A stretch of DNA of 55,481 bases from an uncultured Alphaproteobacteria bacterium (lineage in GTDB: Bacteria; Pseudomonadota; Alphaproteobacteria; CAAHEQ01; UBA3637), in NCBI GenBank assembly GCA_949282845.1, contig CASDQF010000036.1, positions 1-55,481 of the forward strand, written 5' to 3'. Made by a program: the position numbers and the translations under genes. The notes under the pieces were generated by a model. The model saw only the letters and a list, made by a program, of their open reading frames with translations, was not told where the DNA came from and searched no databases. How positions within the stretch are numbered: position 1 is the stretch's first letter; each line of letters starts with the position of its first letter. This document shows, piece by piece, positions 27,942 through 35,476 of this stretch.

Positions 27942-28658
27942 TCACAAATGTTTCTTTTCAAAATATCTTTTAACAGAACCATCGTACTCAATTGTCCCAT
28001 CGGCGATACGTATCAAGCGTTTAGCATATTGAGCCACATCTGGCTCATGTGTCACCAAAATAATCGTAATTCCTGTTTCGTTTAACTTTTGAAAAAAAGT
28101 CATAATCTCGTCAGAAGTACCACTGTCAAGATTACCTGTCGGTTCATCAGCCAAAATAATTTTAGGATTATTAATTAAGGCTCGTGCAATCGCAACTCTT
28201 TGCTGCATACCACCCGATAATTGGTTAGGAACACGATCTTGATACCCAGAAAGTTTGACTTTTTTAATCATTTCCACAGCACGGTCATAACACTCTTTCT
28301 TCCCGCATCCTTGATAAATCAAAGGAAGAGAAACATTATCAGCAATTGTTCTTTTCATCAGTAAGTTAAAACTTTGAAAGACAAAGCCTAATGTTTTACC
28401 TCTTAACTCGGCGAGCTCATTGTCTGTTAGTTTTGAAATATGATTCCCTGCTAAAATATATTCTCCGGAGGTCGGACGGTCCAAACATCCCAAGATATTC
28501 ATCAGTGTTGATTTACCGGAACCTGAATGTCCCATAATAGCAACGAATTCACCTTCTGTAATTGTAAAGTTAACATCCTTTAAAACCTGCTGGCTTAAAC
28601 CTCCAGGCATGTAATACGTTTTTTTCAGATGTTTAACTTCGACAACTGACTGAGACAT
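27942..28658 (-). CDS. MacB/LolD-type ABC transporter ATP-binding protein
   Basis: Walker [10 protein letters not shown], signature [15 protein letters not shown], Walker B ILADEPT, H-loop VTHE. Confidence 0.93.
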   Translation of the reverse strand: MSQSVVEVKHLKKTYYMPGGLSQQVLKDVNFTITEGEFVAIMGHSGSGKSTLMNILGCLDRPTSGEYILAGNHISKLTDNELAELRGKTLGFVFQSFNLLMKRTIADNVSLPLIYQGCGKKECYDRAVEMIKKVKLSGYQDRVPNQLSGGMQQRVAIARALINNPKIILADEPTGNLDSGTSDEIMTFFQKLNETGITIILVTHEPDVAQYAKRLIRIADGTIEYDGSVKRYFEKKHL

Positions 28659-29785
28659 TACCGTCTAAAACCTCCACTGGAACCATTTGAAATAAATTCA
28701 GAAATAAGCTCTTCTCCTTCTTTTAATCCACCTGCGACCTCGGCATACATAACATCACTTAAGCCGACTTGAATAACATGAGGCTTTAACCCTCCATCTT
28801 CAAAAGTATAGACAACAGCCTCCGAAGGTTTGATATCTTGAGGACGAGCACCCGTCAAATGCTGCCTCAAAAAAGCGTTCGGTTTAAATTGAACAGTTGT
28901 ATTGGGAATACGCAAAACATTATCTTTTGCTGCTGTTACAATCGTTACGAATGCCGTCATTCCCGGTAATAATTTTTTATCATCATTTGCAACTTCAACA
29001 ATAACCGTATACATCACCACATTTTGTTCTTCAGTCGGATTAAGCCGAACTTGTTGAACGGTTCCTGTAAAAACTTCAGTCGGATAAGCATCTACGGTAA
29101 ATTCTGCTTTCATCCCTTGTTGGATTTTGCCGATATCTGCTTCGGAAACATTGGCTTCTATCTGCATAAGCTTTAAATTTTCTGCAATTTGAAAAAGCGT
29201 CGGTGTAGAAAAAGACGCGGCGACAGTCTGTCCCTGCTCTATTTCTTTTGATAGAACTGTTCCGGAAACAGGCGATTCTATCCGAGCATAATCCATATTT
29301 TGCTTTGCTTTATTATATCCTGCTTGAGCGCTTTTTAAATTCGCTTCTGCTGTTGCCAAAGAAATTTCAGCATCTTCCATTTCCGCTTTAGCAATCAATT
29401 TTTGCTCATACAAATCCTTATATCGTTGATAGTTCATCTCTGCGACTTTATACTTACTTTGAGCTAATTCCAAAGCCGCTTGATTATCCATCAAACTTTC
29501 ATTTAATAAAAATTTATCTAACTCTGCTAAAAGTTGCCCCTTTTCCACTTCATCATTGTAGTCCACCAATACTTTTTCAATAATTCCGGAAACTTGTGTC
29601 CCAACACTTACCACATTAATCGGTTGCAATGTTCCGGTTGCTGTCACTTTTTCGACAACAGGACCTTTTTCGACTTTAACAAACTCAAATTGATTACGGC
29701 TCAGATGACTTGACGGCCTAAAAAAAGCATATCCTCCCACACCAATTAACGCTACAATTCCTAAAATAACCAAACTTTTTTTCAT
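28658..29785 (-). CDS. efflux periplasmic adaptor (HlyD/MacA family membrane fusion protein)
   Basis: N-terminal anchor, lipoyl-like segments flanking a coiled-coil hairpin (AALELAQSKYKVAEMNYQRYKDLY...), and a beta-barrel domain. Its stop overlaps the ATPase start by 1 nt. Confidence 0.9.
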   Translation of the reverse strand: MKKSLVILGIVALIGVGGYAFFRPSSHLSRNQFEFVKVEKGPVVEKVTATGTLQPINVVSVGTQVSGIIEKVLVDYNDEVEKGQLLAELDKFLLNESLMDNQAALELAQSKYKVAEMNYQRYKDLYEQKLIAKAEMEDAEISLATAEANLKSAQAGYNKAKQNMDYARIESPVSGTVLSKEIEQGQTVAASFSTPTLFQIAENLKLMQIEANVSEADIGKIQQGMKAEFTVDAYPTEVFTGTVQQVRLNPTEEQNVVMYTVIVEVANDDKKLLPGMTAFVTIVTAAKDNVLRIPNTTVQFKPNAFLRQHLTGARPQDIKPSEAVVYTFEDGGLKPHVIQVGLSDVMYAEVAGGLKEGEELISEFISNGSSGGFRR

Positions 29786-29830
29786 AAAACAACTCCCATA
29801 CTCAACTGAAAAAGAAAACGTCTTCTGATA

Positions 29831-31180
29831 TTACGAACGTGCCTCCATCTTGCCTAACACGCGCATTAAATTATTCTTAGCGATTAAAAAATTATAAAAA
29901 CTGGTGCTAAATTCAATTCGGGCATTTGCTAACTGTGCTTGAGCATCTAAAAGAGTTAAAATATTAACTCGACCAACTTTATAAGAAGCAAATGCAACGC
30001 GTTCAGACTCTTCCGCACTTTTTAATAAAGTTTGAGAAATCGTATGTGTCCTAAAAGAAGTCTTATAATCCTGCACAGCTGCCCAAACTTCATTTTCAAT
30101 TGTGTTTTTAAAATCTGCCAATTCATTTTGTGCTTGTTCATATTGATATACGGCTTGTCCGATTTTATAAGACTGTTGAAAGCCTGTAAAAATGGGAACA
30201 GATAACTGCAACCCGGCAGAAGAGCTATAAGTCGTATCACGCCCACGACGCAAATCATCTCCGATGCCGGCACCGGCATTAGCTGATAAAGTTGGTAATC
30301 CACCTGATTTTGCAATTTCAATATCCAATTCTGCAGCTTGCTTGGCTAGTTCTTTAGCCTTATAATCTGGCCTGTTTTTCAAAGCTTGTTCTATTAATTT
30401 TTCAATTTCATCAACATTTTCCGTGTCTTGAATTTTTTCATCTCGCCTGTTTAACTTTAACAAAGTATAAGGAGGTAAATTCATTAAATTTGCAAGATTT
30501 CCTCTTTGAATAGCAATCTCTTTTTGAGCCACGGTAGAAGACAACTTAGCTTGAGCATAAGCCGTTTCAGCCTGCAGCTTATCTGATAATGGTACAAGCC
30601 CCAAATTAAAACGACTAGACGCTTCCTCATAGGCTTTTTGAGAAGCCTTTTCACTCTCTAGTAATCCTTCATACTTTTCCTCTGCGGATAAAACACTAAA
30701 AAAACTTTCTGCGACATCATAAAGTAATGTTTGCAAACTGTTGTCATAGGTGTAATAAGCACTGTTCAGATAAGTTTTAAATTGTTCAGCCGTTGCAGAA
30801 CGCCCCCCGAAATCCAACAAAAGCCAACTTAATGAAAGATCAGCATTTGTATCTGTTTGATCATCTGAACCATCGCCATCTACTTTTGTATTACGCTGTG
30901 TTAAAGAGGCTGCCCCATCAATACTCGGCAAATAAGAAGACAAACTTTGACCATATTGAGCACCTGAAACTTTTGTCGCTAAATAACTTACTTTTAAAGA
31001 GGGATTCTGACAAACGGCAATTTCCATGACATCGAATAAATCTAAATTGTCTGTTATTTTTTTATGACTACAGGTCGATTCATTTTTTTGATCATAGACA
31101 CCAAAAGGATCCAATGCAAAAGCTGGAAAAACAAAGAAAAGAAAAAAAAGGCTAAAATTTATTTTTTCAATGATTTTCAT
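29831..31180 (-). CDS. TolC-family outer membrane efflux protein
   Basis: Signal peptide and two OEP repeats (..A..QY..A...LLP.L.. patterns, NLMRVLG near the C-terminus). First gene of the efflux operon. Confidence 0.88.
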   Translation of the reverse strand: MKIIEKINFSLFFLFFVFPAFALDPFGVYDQKNESTCSHKKITDNLDLFDVMEIAVCQNPSLKVSYLATKVSGAQYGQSLSSYLPSIDGAASLTQRNTKVDGDGSDDQTDTNADLSLSWLLLDFGGRSATAEQFKTYLNSAYYTYDNSLQTLLYDVAESFFSVLSAEEKYEGLLESEKASQKAYEEASSRFNLGLVPLSDKLQAETAYAQAKLSSTVAQKEIAIQRGNLANLMNLPPYTLLKLNRRDEKIQDTENVDEIEKLIEQALKNRPDYKAKELAKQAAELDIEIAKSGGLPTLSANAGAGIGDDLRRGRDTTYSSSAGLQLSVPIFTGFQQSYKIGQAVYQYEQAQNELADFKNTIENEVWAAVQDYKTSFRTHTISQTLLKSAEESERVAFASYKVGRVNILTLLDAQAQLANARIEFSTSFYNFLIAKNNLMRVLGKMEARS

Positions 31181-31262
31181 AATTAACTCCTTTTATTATC
31201 ATAAATTCCTTTTCTTAACAAAATATAAATTATTTTATTGATAAAAATGATTAAATACAAAA

Positions 31263-31284
31263 AAAGCCCTCATTAGAGAGCTTT
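31263..31284 (-). terminator. imperfect hairpin terminator after the RHH gene
   Basis: aaagccctc / gagagcttt with one mismatch. The minus strand follows with a T-run (plus-strand A7). Confidence 0.45.
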
Positions 31285-31304
31285 TTCTATTTACCTTAAA
31301 AAAC

Positions 31305-31511
31305 TTAACTATTTACGAAAAAAGAAACTTTGGGACGAGGGTCTTTCAACTCTAAAGCTTCAGAGTTATCGTAAAAATCATCCCACATATCCAGCGCATC
31401 GCAGACAGCCTGAATTAAGAAATCCTGAACACTTTCTCCATTTTTATGAGCATGTTTTTCCAACTTCTCATATAATCTTTCGTCAATGTTAAGCGCTATC
31501 TTACGTGCCAT
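31305..31511 (-). CDS. ribbon-helix-helix (CopG/Arc-like) DNA-binding protein
   Basis: MARKIALNIDERLYEKLEKHAHKNGESVQDFLIQAV fits a beta-strand plus two helices. RBS is AGGGAGAG. The 21 upstream codons of the ORF were rejected. No toxin-like partner is adjacent. Confidence 0.6.
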   Translation of the reverse strand: MARKIALNIDERLYEKLEKHAHKNGESVQDFLIQAVCDALDMWDDFYDNSEALELKDPRPKVSFFVNS

Positions 31512-31542
31512 TCTTCTCTCCCTATTTTCAGTTTCTAAATTT

Positions 31543-31571
31543 GTTATAGACGCCCTGGTCAGAGACTGCAA
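31543..31571 (-). promoter_or_regulatory. candidate sigma70 promoter for the RHH gene
   Basis: On the minus strand: TTGCAG (31571..31566), a 17-nt spacer, then TATAAC (31548..31543). Confidence 0.4.
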
Positions 31572-31934
31572 CAAAAAAATATGACTTTTTCTGCCGAGTC
31601 GCTCTAAAGTTTCTCTTATACGACTCGCAAAAGCGCAGAAAGTCTAGCTTTACGCAAGATAAAAATTTTTTTAAAAAGAGTTATTATTTTGCCTATTTTT
31701 TAAGCAATTTTGTTTTCAACAATACTTTTTTTGATTTATCCGATTCGAATCGAATATTCGTCTAACATGTCATCTCTTAAACGACATTAAAAATCTATAT
31801 TTTCTCTCACAATATCTGATTTATGCTTTTATTTTAATTTTATAAACAAATTCTTTCAAATGTTCATTTGTTCTTTTTTTGTTCTTAAATTCTTCATAAA
31901 AACTCTAAAAAAATGACTCATTTCCTACATAAAT

Positions 31935-31970
31935 TCCCATTGACTCCCATCTCATCCCATGATATCCCAT
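31935..31970 (+). promoter_or_regulatory. four phased direct repeats (candidate MraZ boxes) overlapping a possible dcw promoter
   Basis: TCCCAT at 31935, 31945, 31955 and 31965, exactly 10 bp apart (complement ATGGGA contains TGGGA), 49-84 nt upstream of mraZ. TTGACT at 31940..31945, then 17 nt including TGa, then TATCCC at 31963..31968. Confidence 0.6.
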
Positions 31971-32018
31971 AAGAAGAAAATAAACAGGAAGCGAGTCGTA
32001 TAAAAACAGGGGAACATT

Positions 32019-32492
32019 ATGGTCAAGAAAAGCTGTCTTTTCCTTGATACCATTCAAAATAAAATCGATACTAAACTTCGTGTATCGGTTCCCGGTTCAT
32101 TTCGCTCCGTGTTAGAGGAAATGAATACAGAACTAATTCTATATGCCTCTTTCAAGCAACCCTGTTTGGAAGGTCTAACAGGTGATATGTTAGAAGTTCT
32201 TGCTCAAGGTATTTACGAACAATATGATATGTTCTCAGAAGAAGAAAGTGATTTAACAAGCATGATTTTTGCAGAATCTCGTGTTTTTCCTCTAGATAGC
32301 ACGGGGCGTTTAACACTGATTCCAAAACTGATGGAACACGCTGAATTATCTGATACGGCTCTGTTTGTCGGAAAGGGAAAAACCTTTCAAATCTGGAATC
32401 CTGAACTCTTTGCGAAAGAACAACAAAAAGTTCGTGAGAAGATGAAAACCCGACCACTCACTTTCCGTCTAAAAAAGGAGGCAAATGAATGA
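32019..32492 (+). CDS. mraZ: transcriptional regulator MraZ
   Basis: Two SpoVT/AbrB-like halves (DTKLRVSVPGSFR and DSTGRLTLIPKL). First gene of the dcw cluster. Confidence 0.9.
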   Translation: MVKKSCLFLDTIQNKIDTKLRVSVPGSFRSVLEEMNTELILYASFKQPCLEGLTGDMLEVLAQGIYEQYDMFSEEESDLTSMIFAESRVFPLDSTGRLTLIPKLMEHAELSDTALFVGKGKTFQIWNPELFAKEQQKVREKMKTRPLTFRLKKEANE

Positions 32493-33400
32493 GCCGCCAC
32501 ATTCCCGTTCTATTGAAAGAAGCTGTGGCAGCCCTTCAAATTCAAGATAACGGGGTTTATGTAGACGGCACCTTTGGAGCGGGTGGATATACCTCTTTCA
32601 TTTTAGAACAAAATCCGACTGTCCGTGTCTATGCTTTAGATCGAGATGAAACCGCTATTTCAGCCGGGCAAGCGCTCGTAAAAAAATACGCTCCTCGACT
32701 TCATTTAATTCATGGTTGTTTTGGAGACATGTCAGAACTGATACCGGAAACCGTGAACGGAATTGTATTAGATATTGGTGTTTCTTCAATGCAGATTGAT
32801 ACACCCGAACGTGGTTTTTCATTTCAAAAAGACGGTCCTTTAGATATGCGTATGGAACAAACGGGTCTGACTGCTGCCGATATAGTTAATACATTTAAAG
32901 AAAATGAGTTAGCCGATATCTTGTTTCAATATGGGGAAGAAAAGAAAAGTCGATTAATCGCAAAAAAAATCATTGAACGTCGCAAAGAAAAGCCTTTTAA
33001 AACTACCCTTGATTTAGCACAACTTATTCACGGATGTATGCCGCACAAAGAAGGCGAGATTGATAGTGCGACACGAACATTCCAAGCTTTACGCATTTAT
33101 GTAAATGATGAACTAGGAGAATTAGAACGAGCTTTAATTGCTTCTAAGAGCTTATTAAAGCCTGCCGGAATTTTAGCGGTTGTTTCTTTTCATTCTTTAG
33201 AAGATAGAATCGTCAAACGCTTTTTCCAAGAACAAAGTGGACATACCCCCAATACGAATAAGCATCTTCCTCCTGTTCAAAAAGAAAAACCCAGTTTTGA
33301 ACTGTTAACAAAAAAGCCTATAACGGCGACTTCAGAAGAAAAGAATGCCAATCCTCGCTCAAGATCCGCCAAACTCCGTGTGGCAAGGAGGCTGGCATGA
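32489..33400 (+). CDS. rsmH: 16S rRNA (cytosine1402-N4)-methyltransferase
   Basis: HIPVLL.E, VDGTFGAGGYT, DIGVSSMQID, GPLDMRM, SFHSLEDRIVK. ATGA overlap with mraZ. Confidence 0.96.
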   Translation: MSRHIPVLLKEAVAALQIQDNGVYVDGTFGAGGYTSFILEQNPTVRVYALDRDETAISAGQALVKKYAPRLHLIHGCFGDMSELIPETVNGIVLDIGVSSMQIDTPERGFSFQKDGPLDMRMEQTGLTAADIVNTFKENELADILFQYGEEKKSRLIAKKIIERRKEKPFKTTLDLAQLIHGCMPHKEGEIDSATRTFQALRIYVNDELGELERALIASKSLLKPAGILAVVSFHSLEDRIVKRFFQEQSGHTPNTNKHLPPVQKEKPSFELLTKKPITATSEEKNANPRSRSAKLRVARRLA

Positions 33401-33732
33401 AACGTTTTTTATTTAATATGATTTTCGTATTGCTTGCCTTTATGTCTTCTGCCGGTATGTTTATTTTAAAGTATCAGGTCATTGACCAAGAAGAAAAACT
33501 TGCCTCTCTTCAACATGAGATTATCAAAAACCAACGAACTATTCATGTTTTAAAAGCTGAATGGTCTCATCTCAATGATCCCGAACGCATTCGAACATTA
33601 ATTGAAGCACATACAAAGCTGGCTGTTGTTAAGTCTACTCAAATTATTCAATTAGAAGATGTCGCTTTAAAAGAACTCCCCGCTCCGAGACGCAAACCGC
33701 AAATTGTTCCTGTCGCCTACGAAAGACCATAA
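33397..33732 (+). CDS. ftsL: cell division protein FtsL (alphaproteobacterial type)
   Basis: 111 aa with a single N-terminal TM helix then a coiled-coil segment (EEKLASLQHEIIKNQRTIHVLKAEWSHL). Canonical position between rsmH and ftsI. Confidence 0.8.
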   Translation: MKRFLFNMIFVLLAFMSSAGMFILKYQVIDQEEKLASLQHEIIKNQRTIHVLKAEWSHLNDPERIRTLIEAHTKLAVVKSTQIIQLEDVALKELPAPRRKPQIVPVAYERP

Positions 33733-33733
33733 A

Positions 33734-35467
33734 ATGCCTTTTAAGAAAAAAAAAGAAACTTTCTTCTATGTCGGACAAGAAATTCCTGTTTCCGGAGGCG
33801 ACCGTTATCGTTTTTTAGATAAAGCCACCGTTTCTGCTTTAAAAACAGGACGTTTAAGAATGTTGTTTGTTGCCTATGTTTTTTTGCTGGCTTTTCTCAT
33901 CCTGGGAGGTCGCCTTTTTGAACAAACGATTTTAAAAAAGAATATCAATCCACCTCGACGACAACTTTCTTTAACAGACTTACCCGTTAAACGGGCCGAT
34001 ATTGTTGATAGAAACGGAACAATCTTAGCGACTAGTCTCCCAACCGTTGATTTATATATTGATGCACGTCATGTACCGCATCCGCAACAACTGGCAGAAG
34101 ATTTAATAAGTGTTCTGCCGGATCTAAAAAAAGAAACAATTTTAAAACAAATTGCAACAAAAAGCAGTTTCCGGTTTATCAAAAGAAATTTAACACCAAA
34201 AGAACAATACGCGGTCAATCGTCTGGGCTATCCGGAATTAAATTTCATAGACGGAGAACAACGCATTTATCCCCAAAGTCATTTGTTTTCACATTTGTTA
34301 GGTTTTACCAACATTGATAATAAAGGCATAACCGGACTTGAAAAAGCATTTGATGAACAATTAACCCAAGATACTACACCAATTCGACTTTCTGTAGATA
34401 CCGGCATTCAAAATATTGTGCGTTATGAATTAGAAAAGGGCATTCAAAAGTTCAACGCCACCGGAGGAGCCGCTGTTGTTATGAATGCCAAAAACGGAGA
34501 AGTATTAGCTCTTGTTTCTCTTCCTGATTTTGATCCGAACCGTGCGTCGACGCGAACAAATCAAAATCTTTTTAACAAAGCAACCTTAGGTGTTTATGAA
34601 ATTGGATCTGTTATGAAGCTCTTCACAGTCACAATGGGTCTTGAAAGTAAAACTATCACGCCTGATGATAAAGTTGATGCGACTGAACCTTTAAAATATG
34701 GTCGTTTCCGTATAACAGATTATCAAGGGAAAAATCGTTTTTTAACTATTCCGGAAGTCTTAATTTATTCATCTAATATTGGCTCGGCAAAAATAGCTTT
34801 AGCCATGGGAGAAGAACAACAACGAGCGTTTTTAGAGCGTTTTGGCTTATTGTCACCTTTATCATTTGAACTGCCGGAGAAAGGACGACCAATGTATCCT
34901 GATCCTTGGCGAGAAATTAACACTGTCACTATTGCGTATGGATATGGTCTGGCTATTTCACCGCTTCATGTAGCTTCTGCCGTCAGTGCTATTGTGAATG
35001 GAGGTTTATACCATCATCCGACTGTTTTAAAGGGGAAAAATGACACTGAACCGGCGACACAAGTCATATCACCCCAAACATCTCGCATCATGCGTTTTAT
35101 GATGAGAGCTGTTGTTGACATAGGCTCAGGAAAAAGCGCTAACATTAAAGGATATTTAGTCGGAGGAAAAACAGGCTCTGCAGAAATGCAAGATGAAAAC
35201 GGACGATACGTTAAAGGAACTTTAAGAACTTCTTTTGTCGGAGCTTTTCCTATGGATGATCCTAAATATGTCGTTTTTGTTATGATGGAAAACCCAATGA
35301 AGCGCAAAGAAGACTGGTATTTCAATACGGCCGGTTGGAACGCTACCCCCACGGGAGGGCGCATTATAGAAGCCATTGCACCTCAACTTGGTATTATTCC
35401 AAAAGAAGAACTTGAAAAACCTGCCTATATTGAGGTAGCCTATAGTCAGTATAAAAAGAAAAAATAG
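33734..35467 (+). CDS. ftsI: peptidoglycan D,D-transpeptidase FtsI (PBP3)
   Basis: SxxK (GSVMKLF), SxN (YSSNIG) and KTG (GGKTGSA) motifs with an N-terminal TM anchor. Start set at MPFKKKK, one nt after the ftsL stop. Confidence 0.93.
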   Translation: MPFKKKKETFFYVGQEIPVSGGDRYRFLDKATVSALKTGRLRMLFVAYVFLLAFLILGGRLFEQTILKKNINPPRRQLSLTDLPVKRADIVDRNGTILATSLPTVDLYIDARHVPHPQQLAEDLISVLPDLKKETILKQIATKSSFRFIKRNLTPKEQYAVNRLGYPELNFIDGEQRIYPQSHLFSHLLGFTNIDNKGITGLEKAFDEQLTQDTTPIRLSVDTGIQNIVRYELEKGIQKFNATGGAAVVMNAKNGEVLALVSLPDFDPNRASTRTNQNLFNKATLGVYEIGSVMKLFTVTMGLESKTITPDDKVDATEPLKYGRFRITDYQGKNRFLTIPEVLIYSSNIGSAKIALAMGEEQQRAFLERFGLLSPLSFELPEKGRPMYPDPWREINTVTIAYGYGLAISPLHVASAVSAIVNGGLYHHPTVLKGKNDTEPATQVISPQTSRIMRFMMRAVVDIGSGKSANIKGYLVGGKTGSAEMQDENGRYVKGTLRTSFVGAFPMDDPKYVVFVMMENPMKRKEDWYFNTAGWNATPTGGRIIEAIAPQLGIIPKEELEKPAYIEVAYSQYKKKK

Positions 35468-35476
35468 GATGAGAAT

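Noticed and set aside
31935-31970. Short phased repeats considered as a mini CRISPR-like or tandem-repeat array
   Set aside because: The units are 6 bp at a 10-bp period with only four copies, and there are no cas genes. The position upstream of mraZ fits transcription-factor boxes far better.
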